Made by a program: the position numbers and the translations under genes. Below the pieces are notes generated by a model. It ran no database searches. It was given only the letters and a program-made list of their open reading frames with translations, and had not been told where the DNA came from. Below, piece by piece: positions 48,414 through 58,721 of a stretch of DNA of 64,000 nucleotides. Within the stretch, counting starts at the first letter, position 1. Each line of letters starts with the position of its first letter. This DNA is from a candidate division FCPU426 bacterium (GTDB lineage: Bacteria; Oederibacteriota; Muellerivitia; Muellerivitales; Muellerivitaceae), in assembly GCA_963771075.1 (NCBI GenBank), contig CAVYSE010000028.1:96001-160000 (forward strand), read 5' to 3'.

Positions 48414-50134
48414 TAAGGGCGCCGCTCAGGCGCGGCCTGAACTCCGGTATTGGCGGCCATTTTCGCTTTTTCCTCCTCCACCAAAACCCGCCGGAGCATC
48501 TTTCCCACCAGTTGGTTCTTGGGCAGGCTGTCCCTGAATTCCACGTCCCGGGGAACTTTGTACTTGGCCAGGCGGTCCTTGCAAAACTCGATGATTTCCT
48601 TCCTCGTGCAGGGGACGCCCGGTTTCAGGACCACGTAGGCCTTCAGCTTGTCCACCAGGACCCGGTCCGGGACACCGGCCACCACGCAATCCAGGACCTT
48701 TTCATACTTAAAAAGCACTTCCTCGACTTCCCGGGGATAAACGTTCTCGCCGCCCACCTTGACCATGTCCTTCTTGCGATCCACGACGGAGAAAAACCCT
48801 TCCTCGTCCATGACGGCGATATCCCCCGTATAGAGCCAGCCGTCCCGAAGGGTGCGTTGGGTTTCCTCGGGCTGGTTCCAATAGCCTTTCATGACCTGGG
48901 GCCCCTTAATGACCAATTCCCCCGCTTCCCCCGGCGGGAGAACCCGATCACCGGTTTCCAGGTCCATGACCCGCGCCTCCGTACCCGGCAGTGGAACCCC
49001 GATCCGACCCACCTTGCGTTTGCCGAAAACCGGGTTGCAATGCGTGACGGGCCCGGCCTCGGTGAGCCCGTACCCTTCTACCAATTTACCGCCGGTGAGT
49101 TCCTCGAACTGCCGTTGGACTTCCTCGTGCAGGGGCCCGGCCCCCGAGATGCAGGCTTTGATGCTCCGCACGTTGTATTTCTTCACCTGGGGATGGTTGT
49201 TGATGGCCGCGTAAAAGGCCTGCACCCCCGGCAGCACCCCCACCTGGTACTGATTGACCGTTTCCATGACCTGGACGACATCAAACCTGGGCAAAAGCAC
49301 CATGGCGGAGCCGAAGGCGATGGCGGTGTTCATCCCCACCGTCATGCCATAGCAATGGAAGATGGGAACCGCGACGAGGAAAATTTCCTGGCCCCCTTTC
49401 AACATCCAAAACCAGGACTTGCACTGGTAAGCGTTGGCCACAAGATTGCGGTGGGTCAGGATGGCGCCCTTGGAAAGGCCCGTGGTGCCGCCCGTGTACT
49501 GCAGGAGGGCGACGTCATCGACCTGGATGGTTCGCGGAAGTTTCGGCGGGGCCTTGGAAGACCGGCCCAATTCTTTCGTGAAGGATTTGAAAAGGGCGTC
49601 CTCCGGCCATGGCACCCAGGTCTTGTTCCTGAGGGACTTGAGCTTGAATAACCACCTCAGGGGAATGGGGAAATAATCGTTGATGCGGGTAAGCCAGGCT
49701 TTTTTCAACCCGCAGGCGGCCGACACTTGCCGCAGGATAGGCGCGAAACGGTCGAGGGAAACCACGTATTGGGCGCCCGAATCCCTCAACTGGGCGGAGG
49801 TTTCATCGGCGGTGTGGAGGGGATTCAATTGGGTGAGGATGGCCCCCGCGCGGAGCGCGCCGTAAAACGCGATCACGCAGGGCGGACAATTGGGAAGATA
49901 AAGCGCCACCCGTTCCCCGGGCCGCACCCCTTCCCGGATCAAGGCATTCGCGAATTGGTTGGCCTTTTCATTGAGTTGGCCATAGGTGATACGGGTTCCG
50001 AAATAATGGATGGCCGGGCGGTGGGGATATTGGCGGGAGATGCTTTCCAAAAAATCGGGAAGCGTCAGTTCCGGGTATTGGAGGTTTTTGGGAACCTGCT
50101 CGTCGTAGGATGAAAGCCAGGGCATGGAGGCCAT
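48410..50134 (-). CDS. Long-chain fatty-acid-CoA ligase
   Basis: LQYTGGTTGLSKG, EGYGLTE, WLYTGD, DRKKDM, VYPREVEE. Confidence 0.95.
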   Translation of the reverse strand: MASMPWLSSYDEQVPKNLQYPELTLPDFLESISRQYPHRPAIHYFGTRITYGQLNEKANQFANALIREGVRPGERVALYLPNCPPCVIAFYGALRAGAILTQLNPLHTADETSAQLRDSGAQYVVSLDRFAPILRQVSAACGLKKAWLTRINDYFPIPLRWLFKLKSLRNKTWVPWPEDALFKSFTKELGRSSKAPPKLPRTIQVDDVALLQYTGGTTGLSKGAILTHRNLVANAYQCKSWFWMLKGGQEIFLVAVPIFHCYGMTVGMNTAIAFGSAMVLLPRFDVVQVMETVNQYQVGVLPGVQAFYAAINNHPQVKKYNVRSIKACISGAGPLHEEVQRQFEELTGGKLVEGYGLTEAGPVTHCNPVFGKRKVGRIGVPLPGTEARVMDLETGDRVLPPGEAGELVIKGPQVMKGYWNQPEETQRTLRDGWLYTGDIAVMDEEGFFSVVDRKKDMVKVGGENVYPREVEEVLFKYEKVLDCVVAGVPDRVLVDKLKAYVVLKPGVPCTRKEIIEFCKDRLAKYKVPRDVEFRDSLPKNQLVGKMLRRVLVEEEKAKMAANTGVQAAPERRPY

Positions 50135-50231
50135 TGGGGCGCCTTTAGATCGGTTTTGGATAATCCCGGATCAGCCGCCGACATTATGAAACGGCCCACG
50201 CGGTGGCGGAATAAAAATTTTTTTCGGCGGC

Positions 50232-51986
50232 CTAGGCCCTGTTTCTGGAAGCGCTCAACCCGACCCAACCCACCAACAGGAATTCCAACGCCACAAAGGC
50301 GCAGACGTAAGGTAGCCCGCCCTTGGAGAACCCGTAACTGTGAAGCCCCACACCCAGGATGAAGTTGACTCCGTACCAGGCCATCAAAACGCCCAGAAAA
50401 GCTGAGACTACGCCGATCGTAAAACCCACATCCTTCAGCCAGCCCGAGAGCCTCCCATGGAGGATGGCGACATAACCCAGAAGGGCGATCAAGGCCCAGG
50501 TTTCCTTGGGGTCCCATCCCCAGAACCGGCCCCAGGAATAATTGGCCCAAACCCCCCCCAGGATGGTCCCCGCCGCCAACAACACTACCCCCACCTGCAC
50601 CACCCGGTACAGAAGCCGGGTTTGCCGTTTCAGCCTTTCCGGGTCCTTCCCGTGTTTCCAGATGGTCCAGAGGCAGACATGGCCGATCCCCAAGGAAAGC
50701 AGGAAGGCCGCGTAACTTAAGGTGATGGTCAAGACGTGGATGGTCAGCCAATAATTGCTCCGCAGGACCGGCTCCAGGGGTTGGATGGAAGGGTCCAGCA
50801 CCGTGGGGACGTTGTCCGCCAGTACGAACCCGACGACCGCCATAACCGAACCCGCAACGGCAAACTGCCGGTTCTTGAAGATGAGCTCGAAGACCAGAGC
50901 GAAAACCGTCATGCCGAAAGTCACCCAGATCAGCGACTCGTACATGTTGGAAACGGGGGGCCGTCCCGCGATCATGCACCGCAGGGTGAAACCATAGGCG
51001 CTTAAAAGAATGCCCCCGATGAACAGGACAAAACCCGGCCAATAGGCAAAACGCGCGCCCATTAAGATGGAGAGGCCCATCAGGAGAAAGGCGCCCAGCT
51101 GGATGATCCAGGCCCAACGGAAGGGCTTGGCGGAGTTGTACTGGATTTCGAGGGAGATCTTGCCCGGGTCGGGCCATTCCTTTCCTCCCACCTGCTGGAG
51201 CAATTGGTAAAATTGGTCGCAAGCTTGGGTGAAATCAGCGGCGTTCCCCGCCTTGTAGGACAACATCAGTTGGGCGAAAGAACCCAACAGTTCCTTGGCC
51301 GAATCCGGCATCTTGGCCCCGTCCCTTTGGTAAGCCTGCCGGAAATCATCCAGCGAGGCCCACTTTTGGGTTCCCGGATTGGGCAGGGGGATGATGGCGA
51401 GGGCCGACCCTGATTCGATCTCTTCCAACCGTTGCAGGCGTCCAAAGACCGCCAGGGCTTCCTTGTCCACCGCGTTCAGGCTTATCTTCTTTTCCTGCTT
51501 TTCATAGCATTGATTGGCATAGGCGATAAACCCGTCGTTATGGACCAGGGAAACCGGCATGGCCCTTTTCTGGTCTTTCGGTATGCCCAGCATGTCCTTG
51601 AGACCCAGGTTCTCCACCAGGACGCACTCTTTCATGTCCCAGGGGCCCGGTTGGGCGATCCATTGCATGAGGGTGTCGAGTGAATCCCGGCCCTCGAATC
51701 GCTCCCTTCCGGTCACCATGCGGACGCTTTCCCGCGCGAAGGTGTCCAAAGGCTTGACCCGCCCCCCATCCTGGATGGGAATTTTCCCCAGGGCGGAAAA
51801 ATCCATCGGCTCCGCGAACACCGGAATACAAAAGGCCAACAGCAAGGCGATTGAACCGCGAAGGCGCGAAGAAAGGCAATATTCCGATAAAACCTTTAAA
51901 CCATATTTAAGATTAACCCCGATCATGGTTGTTGGGATTTCTTCGCGGTTTCGCGGCGAATATTTTTCGTTTTCTTTTTTAGGCAT
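50232..51986 (-). CDS. ccsA: Cytochrome c biogenesis protein CcsA (system II)
   Basis: GRVKPLDT, LRSNYWLTIHV, GGVWANYSWGRFWGWDPKETW, GLHSY. Confidence 0.95.
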   Translation of the reverse strand: MPKKENEKYSPRNREEIPTTMIGVNLKYGLKVLSEYCLSSRLRGSIALLLAFCIPVFAEPMDFSALGKIPIQDGGRVKPLDTFARESVRMVTGRERFEGRDSLDTLMQWIAQPGPWDMKECVLVENLGLKDMLGIPKDQKRAMPVSLVHNDGFIAYANQCYEKQEKKISLNAVDKEALAVFGRLQRLEEIESGSALAIIPLPNPGTQKWASLDDFRQAYQRDGAKMPDSAKELLGSFAQLMLSYKAGNAADFTQACDQFYQLLQQVGGKEWPDPGKISLEIQYNSAKPFRWAWIIQLGAFLLMGLSILMGARFAYWPGFVLFIGGILLSAYGFTLRCMIAGRPPVSNMYESLIWVTFGMTVFALVFELIFKNRQFAVAGSVMAVVGFVLADNVPTVLDPSIQPLEPVLRSNYWLTIHVLTITLSYAAFLLSLGIGHVCLWTIWKHGKDPERLKRQTRLLYRVVQVGVVLLAAGTILGGVWANYSWGRFWGWDPKETWALIALLGYVAILHGRLSGWLKDVGFTIGVVSAFLGVLMAWYGVNFILGVGLHSYGFSKGGLPYVCAFVALEFLLVGWVGLSASRNRA

Positions 51987-53439
51987 TGGCTTCCCCTTTT
52001 TTCCACGCGGGATTCTTGAACCAAAACATCAGGATGATCCCGAAAATCATGACCAGGCACCCGCCGTACTTTAAGACCAGGCCCGGGTCCCTGCCTACGG
52101 CGAAAACCGACACGAATTTCCCGTCCGGTTCCTTCGAATAGCTGGCCTGGAACACGGTGTATCCCCCCCGGTGGAGGGGATGGTTCATGTAAATCTGGGT
52201 GGGAACCTGGATCCCTTTCTCGGGGTCGAGCACATAAACATCGCTGGCGTAGGAGGCGGGCTTGTCCGTTCCCGGATCCAACCCCAGGTTGAACTTGACC
52301 AATTCCAGCCCGAAAGGAAGGTTCTGCTGGCGGGGGCCAAAAGCCACCGAGAAGGGCTTGCCGCCCAGGGTAAAGGTTTGCTGATTTTGATACCCGATCC
52401 AACCCTCGTGTTTTTCCGTCCCCCTCAAAATCTCATAATGCAGGGCCGGCTCAGGATCCCGCTGCTCGGGAAGGGGCTGGGGGTTGTATTGCTCGACCGG
52501 GACCGCCCTTTGCATTTTTTCCACCACCTTGAACTGCATGTCCATCCACCCCGTGGCGGTATCCACCCCCATCTTGAGAGGTTCAATGGAGGACCATTCC
52601 CCGCGATGGCGGATTTGGTATTTCAACACCGCCTGAGGGTACTCCAGCAGGGCAAGCGCGTTGGGAGGGAAGGCATGGGCGAATTTCCTGACCTTTTCTT
52701 TCCAATCCGCGATCGTCACGTAATAAACCGAGGCCGGGCCCAGGTCGACCTGCCCGTAATCCCGGTCTCCCAGGAAGAGCCATTGATCCTGGTTCACGAA
52801 GGAGCTGGCCAACACCACATGGATTGCGGGGGTGCGGATTTGCGGGTCCTGGGGGGCTTGGGCGCTGATGCTTTTCTGGGCGTTGAAGTAATATTGATTC
52901 ACCACCGCCAGGCCGCCATTTCCCAATTTGAACATTTTGGGATGGTCCGGGCTCGGGGGGCCGAAGGGAAACTGGGCCGAGAAACTTTCCGGTGCATTTT
53001 CCCCCTCTTGGGTGTAAAAGGTGGGTTTGTCTTCCTGGAAAACCTGCCCCGATTCCCCCTCGTTCAAGGCGATCTGTCCGTCATTTCCCCATTGCTGGGT
53101 CACCAGCGACCCCAAGAGAATGAAGATGATCCCCAAATGGGTGATCACGAAGCCGGTCTGGTGTTTTTTCCAGGGGTACCGGGATAGGGCCGAGCAAAGC
53201 ACATTGGAACCAAGGAGCATCAAAAAGGCGGCGAACCACCAGGTCGTGTAAACATAATGCTTGGCCGCCCAGGTGGAATACCGGGATTCCACGATGGTTC
53301 CGGCCGCCAACAAAACCGCCAGGATGAATAAAAGGGGAACCGCGAGTTGAAGGGATGACAGGATTTTAAAGGCTTTTTTGAGGAAAGAGCGCAACCAGGA
53401 ACCTCCGGTGATCAAGCGGGGGCTTATCTTAGGAGCCAT
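51979..53439 (-). CDS. resB: Cytochrome c biogenesis protein ResB/CcsB
   Basis: GTIVES, GFVITHLG, IYMNHPL..GGYTVFQASY, DPG; coupled to ccsA. Confidence 0.88.
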   Translation of the reverse strand: MAPKISPRLITGGSWLRSFLKKAFKILSSLQLAVPLLFILAVLLAAGTIVESRYSTWAAKHYVYTTWWFAAFLMLLGSNVLCSALSRYPWKKHQTGFVITHLGIIFILLGSLVTQQWGNDGQIALNEGESGQVFQEDKPTFYTQEGENAPESFSAQFPFGPPSPDHPKMFKLGNGGLAVVNQYYFNAQKSISAQAPQDPQIRTPAIHVVLASSFVNQDQWLFLGDRDYGQVDLGPASVYYVTIADWKEKVRKFAHAFPPNALALLEYPQAVLKYQIRHRGEWSSIEPLKMGVDTATGWMDMQFKVVEKMQRAVPVEQYNPQPLPEQRDPEPALHYEILRGTEKHEGWIGYQNQQTFTLGGKPFSVAFGPRQQNLPFGLELVKFNLGLDPGTDKPASYASDVYVLDPEKGIQVPTQIYMNHPLHRGGYTVFQASYSKEPDGKFVSVFAVGRDPGLVLKYGGCLVMIFGIILMFWFKNPAWKKGEANA

Positions 53440-53626
53440 AGCGGGTCAAAACAAGGCTTATGGGAACCTAATCATTCACCTCATGCCGACACTCTTTAAG
53501 GCATTTTTTAGGAGGTCTGTATAGTCCCGATTTCTTTGGCCCTTTGGCCAAAGGGGGACAGAGGCATTTACTAATAGCAGTAAAACCGAAAAACTAATTT
53601 CCAGAGTTGTCCTTATGCCCAGGCCA

Positions 53627-54055
53627 CTAGGGATTGACTGCCTGCGGCATTCGGAATACCGGTGTGGGGGTTGGGTCGGGTAAGGCGGGAAGACGCAAAT
53701 AAGCCCTTAAGCCCTTCACGAATTTCCGGAGTGGATCGCTATCCGGGTTAAGTTCCGATGCCTTTTGAAAGTTCTTCAGGGCTTCTTTGTAATCTTTTCT
53801 CATGTAATAAATGGTCCCGAGGGCCTGGTAAGCGGGCCAATAGGTGATGTCCTCATCTATCGCTGAATTGTAATAAGAAATCGCCAAGTCATATTGTTTT
53901 TTTTCAAAGGCCTGAGTCCCCATCCGTACGTAATCGGGCGCGTGTTCTTGTGCGAAAAGTATGTACGATACTAGAAAAAAACAGGACCCCGTCAAACATA
54001 AAACGAGGAATCGGATGGACTTTAATTTTGACTTTCTCAAGGGCAACTCTTTCAT
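53627..54055 (-). CDS. Exported TPR protein
   Basis: Signal-like segment; AYQALGTIYY...EALKNFQKASELNP. Confidence 0.85.
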   Translation of the reverse strand: MKELPLRKSKLKSIRFLVLCLTGSCFFLVSYILFAQEHAPDYVRMGTQAFEKKQYDLAISYYNSAIDEDITYWPAYQALGTIYYMRKDYKEALKNFQKASELNPDSDPLRKFVKGLRAYLRLPALPDPTPTPVFRMPQAVNP

Positions 54056-54150
54056 AGGTAACTGATTTTAGACGTTTTTACTTAAATCCTTGATAGTACA
54101 AGCGGCCTAGTCTTTCATCAAACCGGAACGCCCCTCATTTTTGGAGAATG

Positions 54151-55207
54151 CTATAAGTTGAAGTTGAGCCCCACATTAATTGGAAATTCGATGATGGTGT
54201 AACCGGGTGTTTGATAAGACAAGTTTAAAGCGGATACCGTCTCTGTCGCCCCACCGACCAAGATGAAATTAAATTTCCCCTCCGCAAAAAAATTCATGTT
54301 GTTTCCAGCTGGAAACTGGACCCCACCCCCTATTTGAGCCATGGGACAAAGGGTAGAGGAAGAGGGCATAGAGTAACCGTAACTATATTCAACCGTTCCA
54401 TTATATGTACCCCAATTCCGTCACCGACCCAGAGTTAGAAATCAAAGCAAACCCTAGCCCTCCGAGCAAGTACGGTTGGGTTTGGTTGCCGCCCCCCTCC
54501 CCCAGTCGATACTTTACTGCTGCGGCAATCTCGATATTGGTCTGATTGATCGTTTCTGTCACTCCCTCGTTTTCGCCGTATAGTGGGGCAGAATAATTGA
54601 AATTAGCGCCATAGGCGTAAACAGCCCCGTTAACGCCGATGGATAAATTGGAACCCATGGGAAAATAAACTCCCAGTCCGCCTCCGAAGCCGATCCCGAA
54701 CCCTCCTGCTAAAGACGGGAGGGTCATTCCAGTTCCCAAACTGCTAGGAAGTAGATCGGAGCCGCTCAAAGGTAAAGCCCCGCCAATCATTATGTCCAAT
54801 TCCGTTTTCTTTTCGCCGCCAGTGGCACCCCCAACAGCGGAAAAATTACTCGTTGGGAGCGAGGGATTAGCAGGATTGGAATTGACCTGGGTTTGAAGAT
54901 ATTGAATGACCGGGTCCAACTGGGTCAGGCTCGGGTTGAGGGTCTTGGCTCTCTGGTAGGCGGCCAAAGCTTCCGGTTTTTGGCCCAGATAGTAATAGCA
55001 ATTCCCTAAACCCTGAAAGGCCGCCGTGTTGGAGGGATCCAGCGTGGTCGCGTATTTGTAATAGGTAATGGCCTTGGTGTAATCCTTGGCGGCGTAAAGC
55101 TGGTTTCCGTAATTGAGGTAGGCGGCAGCGTTGGGAGTTTGGGCGGAGAGAGGAATCTGGATAACAAAAATCATGAGAATAAAGGCAACGGCCAACAATC
55201 GTTTCAT
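54151..55207 (-). pseudogene. TPR plus outer-membrane beta-barrel protein with an apparent single-base frameshift
   Basis: Barrel strands continue in another frame. Deleting one base of CCCC (54410-54413) gives ...TELGTYNGTVEYSYGYSMPSS...GLNFNL. Confidence 0.75.
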
Positions 55208-55386
55208 AAAAACCCTCCAAATCAAATTTACGGGTAAACACAGCAAACAGGAACGAAAGGAATCTATTTCAATTTAAGCTAAAACCAAAAAAGTTTTAAA
55301 CGTTTTAACGCCACCCAAAAGCAAAAGGATTATACCACCCCCAAAAAGGGCTAAAAATCAGGAAAATTCGATTACCTCAGCGGGTT

Positions 55387-56124
55387 TTAAGGAATGGATT
55401 CCTGAACAGATTCACCCAGGTAAGCTTCTTTCACCTTTGGATCAGCCAAAACCTGGGCGGCGGGACCTTCCAACAGGATGGACCCTGTCTCCAAAACATA
55501 GGCGTAATTCGAAATTTCAAGCGCTAATTGGGCGTTTTGCTCCACCAATAGAATGGTCGTTCCATCCCGATTGATCTTTCCGATGATCTCAAAAATCAAC
55601 TCGATCGCCTGAGGAGCCAGTCCCAAGGAAGGCTCATCCAATAAGAGTAGCTGGGGCCGCGCCATGAGCGCCCGCCCAATGGCCAGCATTTGCTGTTCCC
55701 CACCGGAGAGGGTTCCGGCCGATTGGCCCCTTCTTTCCGAGAGCCTGGGAAAAAGGGAAAAGACATGATCCAGGTCCTTTTTTATTCCCGGCTTGTCCTG
55801 GCGGACGTAAGCGCCCAGGTCCAGGTTTTCTTCCACATTCAGGTTGGGAAAGATCCCCCGCCCCTCCGGGCATTGGACGATGCCCATCTTCACCCGAAGA
55901 TGCGGTTCTTTGCCGGATAAACTCTGGCCATGAAAGAATATATCGCCTTCCGTCGGCTTCGTTAAACCCGATATGGACCGAAGCACGGTGGATTTACCCG
56001 CCCCATTGGCCCCGATCAAGCTCACGATGGAACCCGAATCCACATGAAGGTTAACGCCCCGAAGGGCCTGGATGGACTCGTAATAAACACTTAGGTTTCG
56101 AATCTCAAGCAGGGGGTGGGTCAT
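55387..56124 (-). CDS. livF: Branched-chain amino acid ABC ATPase
   Basis: GANGAGKS, CPEGRGIF, LSGGEQQMLAIGRALM, LLLDEPSLGLAP. Confidence 0.95.
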   Translation of the reverse strand: MTHPLLEIRNLSVYYESIQALRGVNLHVDSGSIVSLIGANGAGKSTVLRSISGLTKPTEGDIFFHGQSLSGKEPHLRVKMGIVQCPEGRGIFPNLNVEENLDLGAYVRQDKPGIKKDLDHVFSLFPRLSERRGQSAGTLSGGEQQMLAIGRALMARPQLLLLDEPSLGLAPQAIELIFEIIGKINRDGTTILLVEQNAQLALEISNYAYVLETGSILLEGPAAQVLADPKVKEAYLGESVQESIP

Positions 56125-56909
56125 TTCTTTTTCCCCAGATAGGCTTCAATCACCTTAGTTTCGTTTTGAATTTCCTTGGGTGTGCCTTCCGCGATTTTGA
56201 TCCCGTGATCCATCACGTGGATGCGCTCGCAGATTCCCATGACCACCCGCATATCGTGCTCAATCAACAGGATGGAAAGTTGGAACTCATCCCGGATCTT
56301 GCGGATGACCCGGGTGAGCCAAAGGGTTTCCTGTGGGTTCATGCCCGCCGCTGGCTCATCCAAGAGTAATACCTTGGCACCCGTGGCCAGGGCCCGGGCG
56401 ATCTCCAGTTTTTTCTGGTCGCCATAGGGCAGGGCGCCCGCGAGCGTTCCGGCTCGGTGGGTCATTTCCAGGACCTCCATCAGGCGATAGGTTTCGGAAG
56501 CGAACCGGTTCTCCGCCTCGTGGAAACGTTTGGCCTGTAATAGCGCCGCGGGAAGGCTGTAGGGATCCTGATGGTGGAAAGCCACTTGGATATTGGCTTC
56601 CACCGTGAGTTCCTTGAAGAGGCGAATATTCTGGAAGGTTCGAACCAGGCCCAGGTGGGTAATCTGGTGGGTTTTGAGTCCCCGCAAGGAGTGTCCGTTC
56701 AGGAGGATCTCCCCGGCTTGGGGCCGGTAAATACCGGAAAGCAGGTTAAAGACGGTGGTCTTTCCCGCCCCATTGGGCCCGATGAGCCCCGCCAATTCCC
56801 CCTGGCGCAGGACAAGCGAGAAATCATCCACCGCCACCAACCCGCCGAAGGATAGGGTGATGTTTTCAGCTTCCAGGACCGTTTCCCGGCCGTCATGTTT
56901 CTTGATCAA
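56121..56909 (-). CDS. livG: Branched-chain amino acid ABC ATPase
   Basis: GPNGAGKTT, RTFQNIRLF, LPYGDQKKLEIARAL, DEPAAGMN. Confidence 0.95.
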   Translation of the reverse strand: MIKKHDGRETVLEAENITLSFGGLVAVDDFSLVLRQGELAGLIGPNGAGKTTVFNLLSGIYRPQAGEILLNGHSLRGLKTHQITHLGLVRTFQNIRLFKELTVEANIQVAFHHQDPYSLPAALLQAKRFHEAENRFASETYRLMEVLEMTHRAGTLAGALPYGDQKKLEIARALATGAKVLLLDEPAAGMNPQETLWLTRVIRKIRDEFQLSILLIEHDMRVVMGICERIHVMDHGIKIAEGTPKEIQNETKVIEAYLGKKK

Positions 56910-57309
56910 AAATCACCCCACCCAAAGTATGGGACAACAGGTCATGTCCAGGCAACGAAAACCCAACTTCCATCCCAAAGACGCAAGACACTCAGGACCT
57001 CTTGATTTCATACAACCATGAAAAAATTGATTTGCCTGGTGGAGTCCCCCGGGCAAGCCCGTGGAAATTCCACGAAGTCCATGACGACCTTCCATAAAAA
57101 TCGACTTTCAATGAAAATCGGTACAAGCTTCCAGCTTTTTAAAAAAATTCGTCTTTTCTTTGCGGATTAGTGTTGGATGGGCTTTTTTCTTTAAGTTGAT
57201 CTATAACGGCAACAGTTTATCCCAAGAAGGTTGGGCTTGACTCTTCCCCCGCGAAAAATGTGAATTGGAAGGCTGGACTTCAGCCCGGACGCTGGTAGAA
57301 TCCCGCCGC

Positions 57310-57981
57310 ATGAAATCCCTCATCTTCGACTTCGACGGCCTCATCCTGGACACCGAAACGGTGATTTTCCAGGTTTGGAATGAGATCTACGCCACCTATG
57401 ACCGGCAATTGGCCTTGTCCGATTGGGCCTTTTGCATCGGCACTTCCCATCATGCTTTTGACGTATACGGCGACCTGGAGAAACAGATAGGAAAAGCCCT
57501 TCCCCGCGAGGAGATCAAGAAACGGCATCAAACCCGCGCCCAGGAATTATTAAGGGAAATGAAACCCCGCCCGGGGGTCCTGGAATACCTGAAAGAAGCG
57601 CAAAGACTGAACCTTTCCCTCGCGGTGGCTTCCAGTTCCCACCGGGATTGGGTGGAAAACCACTTGGATCAGCTTCATTTGAGGGATTATTTCCAGGTGG
57701 TCCGGACCGCGGATGACGTCAGGAAGGTCAAACCCGACCCGGAGCTGTATCTTTCCGCCTTGGAAGCCCTGGGGGAAAAACCCGGAGATGCCATCGCCTT
57801 TGAGGATTCCCCGAACGGCATTCGGGCCGCCCAAGCCGCCGGGCTTTTCTGCCTGGCGGTTCCTAATTCGGTGACAACCCGGTTGGACCTAACCCACGCC
57901 GACGACCGCCTGGAGTCCATGGCCGACCTACCCTTGGCGGACCTATTGGATCGGGTGGAGCTTTCCCGCGCAAAAGCCTGA
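57310..57981 (+). CDS. HAD-superfamily hydrolase
   Basis: FDFDGLILDTE, KPDPELY, AFEDSPNG. Confidence 0.95.
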   Translation: MKSLIFDFDGLILDTETVIFQVWNEIYATYDRQLALSDWAFCIGTSHHAFDVYGDLEKQIGKALPREEIKKRHQTRAQELLREMKPRPGVLEYLKEAQRLNLSLAVASSSHRDWVENHLDQLHLRDYFQVVRTADDVRKVKPDPELYLSALEALGEKPGDAIAFEDSPNGIRAAQAAGLFCLAVPNSVTTRLDLTHADDRLESMADLPLADLLDRVELSRAKA

Positions 57982-58064
57982 GACTTTACCACCCAGGTAC
58001 AAAGACACCCAGAAAAACAAAAACAGATCCTGATTTTTACCGGTCTTCACAAAATTGTTTTTCC

Positions 58065-58721
58065 TTAACGCTTCGCGATGAGGATATTGGTCATGCCCCA
58101 GGGCTGGCGGAAATCCAGGGGCGTCAAAAGGGGCAGGAGAAAAGCGGGCGTCTTATTCGGGACGGTCATGCCGTGGGAAAAGGCCTCCATCACTTTCAGG
58201 CCGTTTTTTTCCAGCAAGCCCTTCAAATAACTTAACGAAAATTTCAAAGCGGAGCGTTCTTCCGCGACCAGCGCCGAAAAGAGACACATCAAGGGGTTCG
58301 CCCGGTTCGGTTCCATCACGACCACATATTTGCGGCTGACCCGGCGCATTTCCGAAAGGACCTTTCCAGGGTCCTCCACATGGTGTAAAAGCGCGTGGCA
58401 AAAAACCACGTCGAAGGCCATATCCTGGAAAGCCAGCCGGTTGGCGTCCATCCCGAATTTACTGTCCAAGGGGTTGGCTTGAAGCATCGCTTGAGAGTAG
58501 TCCACGCCCACGGTTTGGCAAATCTCACTGAAAGGCTGGGAGAAAAACCCATTACCACACCCCAGGTCCAAAAGCCTCTGCCCGGGTTGAATCTTCACGG
58601 TTTTCCGGATTTCCATGATTTTTGAAAGGGCGTAATGCCGCACGACCGGATGGCCGGGCGGACGGCGTTCGGCCAAGGCTTTTCTTTCCCAGTAATCCTT
58701 CTGAAACAAACCCTGGCTCAT
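58065..58721 (-). CDS. Class I SAM-dependent methyltransferase
   Basis: LLDLGCGNG, GVDYS, FDVV...LHHV; ATGA overlap with the upstream gene. Confidence 0.92.
   Translation of the reverse strand: MSQGLFQKDYWERKALAERRPPGHPVVRHYALSKIMEIRKTVKIQPGQRLLDLGCGNGFFSQPFSEICQTVGVDYSQAMLQANPLDSKFGMDANRLAFQDMAFDVVFCHALLHHVEDPGKVLSEMRRVSRKYVVVMEPNRANPLMCLFSALVAEERSALKFSLSYLKGLLEKNGLKVMEAFSHGMTVPNKTPAFLLPLLTPLDFRQPWGMTNILIAKR

Noticed and set aside
48131..49651. Long alternative ORFs (also 19756-21045, 32443-33633, 26898-27899, 50065-51222)
   Set aside because: They overlap well-supported genes in other frames or strands and carry no recognisable motifs.
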